Shown piece by piece: positions 59,243 through 64,000 of a DNA stretch of 64,000 nt. Position numbers and translations under genes: made by a program. Source of the DNA: Ranitomeya imitator (Eukaryota); the NCBI RefSeq assembly GCF_032444005.1, contig NC_091291.1, positions 4,216,001 to 4,280,000 of the forward strand. Reading direction: 5' to 3'. Positions within the stretch are counted from its first letter, which is position 1; each line of letters starts with the position of its first letter. A model generated the notes under the pieces. The model saw nothing but the letters and a program-made list of their open reading frames with translations, searched no databases and was not told the origin of the DNA.

Positions 59243-59756
59243 TGCACAGGGGGCGGGCACAGCTGGGTGCACAGGGGGCGGGAACCGCTGGGTGCAGAGG
59301 GGGCGGGCACCGCTGGGTGCACAGGGGGCGGGCACCGCTGGGTGCACAGGGGCGGGCACCGCTGGGTGCACAGGGGGCGGGGACTGATGGGTGCACAGGG
59401 GGCGGGCACCGCTGGGTGCACAGGGGGCGGGCACCGCTGGGTGCACAGGGGGCGGGCACCGCTGGGTGCACAGGGGGCGGGCACCGCTGGGTGCACAGGG
59501 GCGGGCACCGCTGGGTGCACAGGGGGCGGGGACCGATGGGTGCACAGGGGGCGGGCACCGCTGGGTGCACAGGGGGCGGGGACCGATGGGTGCACAGGGG
59601 GCGGGCACCGCTGGGTGCACAGGGGGCGGGGACTGATGGGTGCACAGGGGCGGGCACCGCTGGGTGCACAGGGGGCGGGGACTGATGGGTGCACAGGGGG
59701 CGGGCACCGCTGGGTACACAGGGGGCGGGGACTGATGGGTGCACAGGGGGCGGGCT
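59243..59756. repeat. About 25-bp G-rich minisatellite (GGGTGCACAGGGGGCGGGCACCGCT) upstream of CROCC
   Basis: About 20 copies, each with a GGGGCGGG GC box. Confidence 0.93.
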
Positions 59757-59779
59757 GCTGCCATGGTTACGGGTGAGGA

Positions 59780-60334
59780 CGGGCTGTTATCCGGTAAGTG
59801 AGAATCGCGCACAGCGGCCGGTACTTCGGCATCCGATAATCCGGAGCGTCGGACGAGCGCTGCTGCAAGGTCTGAAACACCGAGCAGCGGCCGCCGCCAT
59901 CAGCCGCACCGCAGACTCCTGTGCACGCTGGTCGCGGTGTGTGAACTCGTCCTTACAGGAGGCGGATTTTGTGGTGATTTTGCAGGCGCACACGGTGACG
60001 CTCCCTCCACAGGATCACGGCCGCCTCCTCACAAACCGCGGGAAGAGCGGCCGCCCCGTGTGAATAGCGGGGATCATTGCACACGTGACCCGGGCTGTTA
60101 GCCGTTTCCATGGCTACAGGCGCTCGCTGGTCGCCGCGTCCTCCGGTGGCGCTGGGTCCTAGCTCCCGCCCTCCGCGCTGATGGCTGCAGGCAGTGTGAG
60201 CCGGGGCGGGCGGGCTCTAGGGCCCCGGAGGAGGATGAGGAGGATGAGGAGGAGGATGGGCCGGGGCAGCAGATTGGCCGCTAATCCTCCGGGGCCGCCG
60301 GCAGCGCCGTCCTCAGCCGCGAGTTGTGGCCCCG
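59780..60334 (+). promoter_or_regulatory. CpG island / promoter and 5' UTR of CROCC
   Basis: Dense CpG; CACGTG at about 60082; GGGGCGGG at about 60203; ATTGG at about 60273. Confidence 0.5.
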
Positions 60335-60373
60335 ATGAGCGCAGCGGAGCAGACGCTGGAGGCGGTGATACAG
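60335..60373 (+). CDS. CROCC: Rootletin, coding exon 1 (MSAAEQTLEAVIQ)
   Basis: Resembles the mammalian rootletin N-terminus (ELTLETVIQ); CAG/GTCGGG donor; synteny with NECAP2. Confidence 0.72.
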
Positions 60374-60466
60374 GTCGGGCCGGTAACGGGCGGCTGGGGG
60401 AAGGGCTGTGACCGCCGCAGTCACTCAGCGCCGCCGCCGATCACTCATTCTTCTCTCCCGCTGCAG

Positions 60467-60608
60467 GCGCTCTCCGCCCAGGTGCTCGGATCCCGGGAAC
60501 ACAAGACCCTCACAGTCCGCGGAGACTCTGCAGACCCCCGACCTGCCCGTCTGCCGGCGCGAATCCGAGAGATCGTCACCCGGAACCTGAGCCCCCCGCC
60601 GGACACTG
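60467..60608 (+). CDS. CROCC: Rootletin, coding exon 2 (...LPARIREIVTRNLS...)
   Basis: Matches rootletin LPALIREIVTRNLS as recalled; polypyrimidine-CAG acceptor, GTGAGG donor. Confidence 0.82.
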
Positions 60609-60619
60609 GTGAGGACCCC

Positions 60620-63585
60620 CAGCCCGTGCCCCCTGCCGGAGACCCCCACACCTCCGTACCCCCCAACCCGTGTGCCCTGCCGGAGACCCCCACACCTCCG
60701 TGCCCCCCGCCGGAGACCCCCACACCTCCGTGCCCCCCGCCGGAGACCCCCACACCTCTGTACCCCCCAACCCGTGCCCCCCGCCGGAGACCCCCACACC
60801 TCTGTACCCCCCAACCCGCGTGCCCTGCCGGAGACCCCCACACCTCTGTACCCCCAACCCGTGCCCCCTGCCGGAGACCCCCACACCTCCGTACCCCCCA
60901 ACCCGTGCCCCCCGCCGGAGACCCCCACACCTCCGTACCCCCCAGCCCGTGTGCCCTGCCGGAGACCCCCACACCTCCGTACCCCCCAGCCCGTGCCCCC
61001 TGCCGGAGACCCCCACACCTCTGTACCCCCCAACCCGTGTACCCTGCCGGAGACCCCCACACCTCTGTACCCCCCAGCCCGTGTGCCCTGCCGGAGACCC
61101 CCACACCTCCGTACCCCCCAGCCCGTGCCCCCTGCCGGAGACCCCCACACCTCTGTACCCCCCAACCCGTGTACCCTGCCGGAGACCCCCACACCTCTGT
61201 ACCCCCCAACCCGTGTACCCTGCCGGAGACCCCCACACCTCCGTACCCCCCAGCCCGTGCCCCCTGCCGGAGACCCCCACACCTCTGTACCCCCCAACCC
61301 GTGTACCCTGCCGGAGACCCCCACACCTCTGTACCCCCCAACCCGTGTACCCTGCCGGAGACCCCCACACCTCTGTACCCCCCAACCCGTGTACCCTGCC
61401 GGAGACCCCCACACCTCTGTACCCCCCAACCCGTGTACCCTGCCGGAGACCCCCACACCTCTGTACCCCCCAACCCGTGCCCCCCGCCGGAGACCCCCAC
61501 ACCTCCGTACCCCCCAACCCGTGCCCCCTGCCGGAGACCCCCACACCTCTGTACCCCCCAACCCGTGCCCCCTGCCGGAGACCCCCACACCTCTGTACCC
61601 CCCAACCCGTGTACCCTGCCCGAGACCCCCACACCTCTGTACCCCCCAACCCGTGTACCCTGCCGGAGACCCCCACACCTCTGTACCCCCCAACCCGTGC
61701 CCCCTGCCGGAGACCCCCACACCTCCGTACCCCCCAGCCCGTGTGCCCTGCCGGAGACCCCCACACCTCCGTACCCCCCAGCCCGTGCCCCCTGCCGGAG
61801 ACCCCCACACCTCTGTACCCCCCAACCCGTGTACCCTGCCGGAGACCCCCACACCTCTGTACCCCCCAGCCCGTGTGCCCTGCCGGAGACCCCCACACCT
61901 CCGTACCCCCCAGCCCGTGCCCCCTGCCGGAGACCCCCACACCTCTGTACCCCCCAACCCGTGTACCCTGCCGGAGACCCCCACACCTCTGTACCCCCCA
62001 GCCCGTGTGCCCTGCCGGAGACCCCCACACCTCCGTACCCCCCAGCCCGTGCCCCCTGCCGGAGACCCCCACACCTCTGTACCCCCCAACCCGTGTACCC
62101 TGCCGGAGACCCCCACACCTCTGTACCCCCCAACCCGTGTACCCTGCCGGAGACCCCCACACCTCCGTACCCCCCAGCCCGTGCCCCCTGCCGGAGACCC
62201 CCACACCTCTGTACCCCCCAACCCGTGTACCCTGCCGGAGACCCCCACACCTCTGTACCCCCCAACCCGTGTACCCTGCCGGAGACCCCCACACCTCTGT
62301 ACCCCCCAACCCGTGTACCCTGCCGGAGACCCCCACACCTCTGTACCCCCCAACCCGTGTACCCTGCCGGAGACCCCCACACCTCTGTACCCCCCAACCC
62401 GTGCCCCCCGCCGGAGACCCCCACACCTCCGTACCCCCCAACCCGTGCCCCCTGCCGGAGACCCCCACACCTCTGTACCCCCCAACCCGTGCCCCCTGCC
62501 GGAGACCCCCACACCTCTGTACCCCCCAACCCGTGTACCCTGCCCGAGACCCCCACACCTCTGTACCCCCCAACCCGTGTACCCTGCCGGAGACCCCCAC
62601 ACCTCCGTACCCCCCAGCCCGTGCCCCCTGCCGGAGACCCCCACACCTCTGTACCCCCCAACCCGTGTACCCTGCCGGAGACCCCCACACCTCTGTACCC
62701 CCCAACCCGTGTACCCTGCCGGAGACCCCCACACCTCCGTACCCCCCAGCCCGTGCCCCCTGCCGGAGACCCCCACACCTCTGTACCCCCCAACCCGTGT
62801 ACCCTGCCGGAGACCCCCACACCTCTGTACCCCCCAACCCGTGTACCCTGCCGGAGACCCCCACACCTCTGTACCCCCCAACCCGTGTACCCTGCCGGAG
62901 ACCCCCACACCTCTGTACCCCCCAACCCGTGTACCCTGCCGGAGACCCCCACACCTCTGTACCCCCCAACCCGTGCCCCCCGCCGGAGACCCCCACACCT
63001 CCGTACCCCCCAACCCGTGCCCCCTGCCGGAGACCCCCACACCTCTGTACCCCCCAACCCGTGCCCCCTGCCGGAGACCCCCACACCTCTGTACCCCCCA
63101 ACCCGTGTACCCTGCCCGAGACCCCCACACCTCTGTACCCCCCAACCCGTGTACCCTGCCGGAGACCCCCACACCTCTGTACCCCCCAACCCGTGCCCCC
63201 TGCCGGAGACCCCCACACCTCCGTACCCCCCAACCCGAGCGCCCTGCCGGAGACCCCCACACCTCCGTACCCCCCAACCCGTGCCCCCTGCCGGAGACCC
63301 CCACACCTCTGTACCCCCCAACCCGTGCCCCCCGCCGGAGACCCCCACACCTCTGTACCCCCAGCCCGTGTACCCTGCCGGAGACCCCCACACCTCTGTA
63401 CCCCCCAACCCGTGCCCCCCGCCGGAGACCCCCACACCTCCGTACCCCCCAACCCGTGTACCCTGCCGGAGACCCCCACACCTCTGTACCCCCCAACCCG
63501 TGCCCCCTGCCGGAGACCCCCACACCTCTGTACCCCGCATCCAGTGTACCCTGCCGGAGACCCCCACACCTCTGTACCCCCCCTA
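60620..63585. repeat. 44-bp C-rich minisatellite in CROCC intron 2 (CCGGAGACCCCCACACCTCTGTACCCCCCAACCCGTGTACCCTG)
   Basis: About 67 copies; period 44 measured at 61141/61185. Confidence 0.97.
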
Positions 63586-63594
63586 TCTGTGCGC

Positions 63595-64000
63595 TGGCTC
63601 TGGGGGTGGGGGTCCTGACGCTGGCTCCGAGGGGGGGTCCTGACGCTGGCTCTGTGGGGGGGGGGGCCCTGACGCTGGCTCTGTGGGGGGGCTTTGACGC
63701 TGGCTCTGTGGGGGGGCCCTGACGCTGGCTCTGTGGGGGGCCCTGACGCTGGCTCTGTGGGGGGCCCTGACGCTGGCTCTGTGGGGGGCCCTGACGCTGG
63801 CTCTGTGGGGGGCCCTGACGCTGGCTCTGTGGGGGGGCCCTGACGCTGGCTCTGTGGGGGGCCCCCGACGCTGGCTCTGTGGGGGGCCCCCGACGCTGGC
63901 TGTGGGGGGGGGCCCCGACGCTGGCTGTGTGGGGGGGGGGGGGGGCCGACGCGGCTGTGGGGGGGGGGCCCTGACGCTGGCTGTGGGGGGGGGGGGTCCT
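63595..64000. repeat. About 23-bp G-rich minisatellite (GGGGGCCCTGACGCTGGCTCTGT), runs off the right edge
   Basis: Tandem copies with variable G-run length. Confidence 0.92.

Noticed and set aside
60181-60411. Upstream ATG as the CROCC start
   Set aside because: Out of frame with the rootletin-like exons; at most an overlapping uORF
60326-63722. About 1000-aa Pro-rich / Gly-rich ORFs
   Set aside because: Translations of the 44-bp minisatellite; only the two short CROCC exons within them are credible

Overview
Eukaryotic vertebrate DNA, most likely a frog (inference from repeat types and from a CR1 with an SGNH-esterase ORF1). It is not a prokaryotic window and has no CRISPR, rRNA or tRNA. 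Three + strand host genes lie in the tetrapod syntenic order: SZRD1 (4 coding exons, 152 aa), NECAP2 (8 exons, 252 aa) and the first two coding exons of CROCC/rootletin. About 55-60% of the window is tandem repeat: roughly 17 different mini/satellite arrays with 23-126 bp units, and these generate almost all of the very long ORFs in the track. Mobile elements are a decayed Tc1, a truncated L2, an internally deleted DNA transposon, two related solo LTRs, several Penelope-like fold-backs carrying hammerhead ribozyme cores, and one full-length CR1 LINE with both ORFs intact. The most striking structure is that CR1's 5' end: 41 apparently identical 126-bp monomers (5.2 kb). Each monomer has an octamer (ATTTGCAT) and two E-boxes and contains no AUG. 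The array is followed by a GC hairpin and then the ORF1 AUG, which resembles a rodent-L1-style monomer promoter on a CR1.
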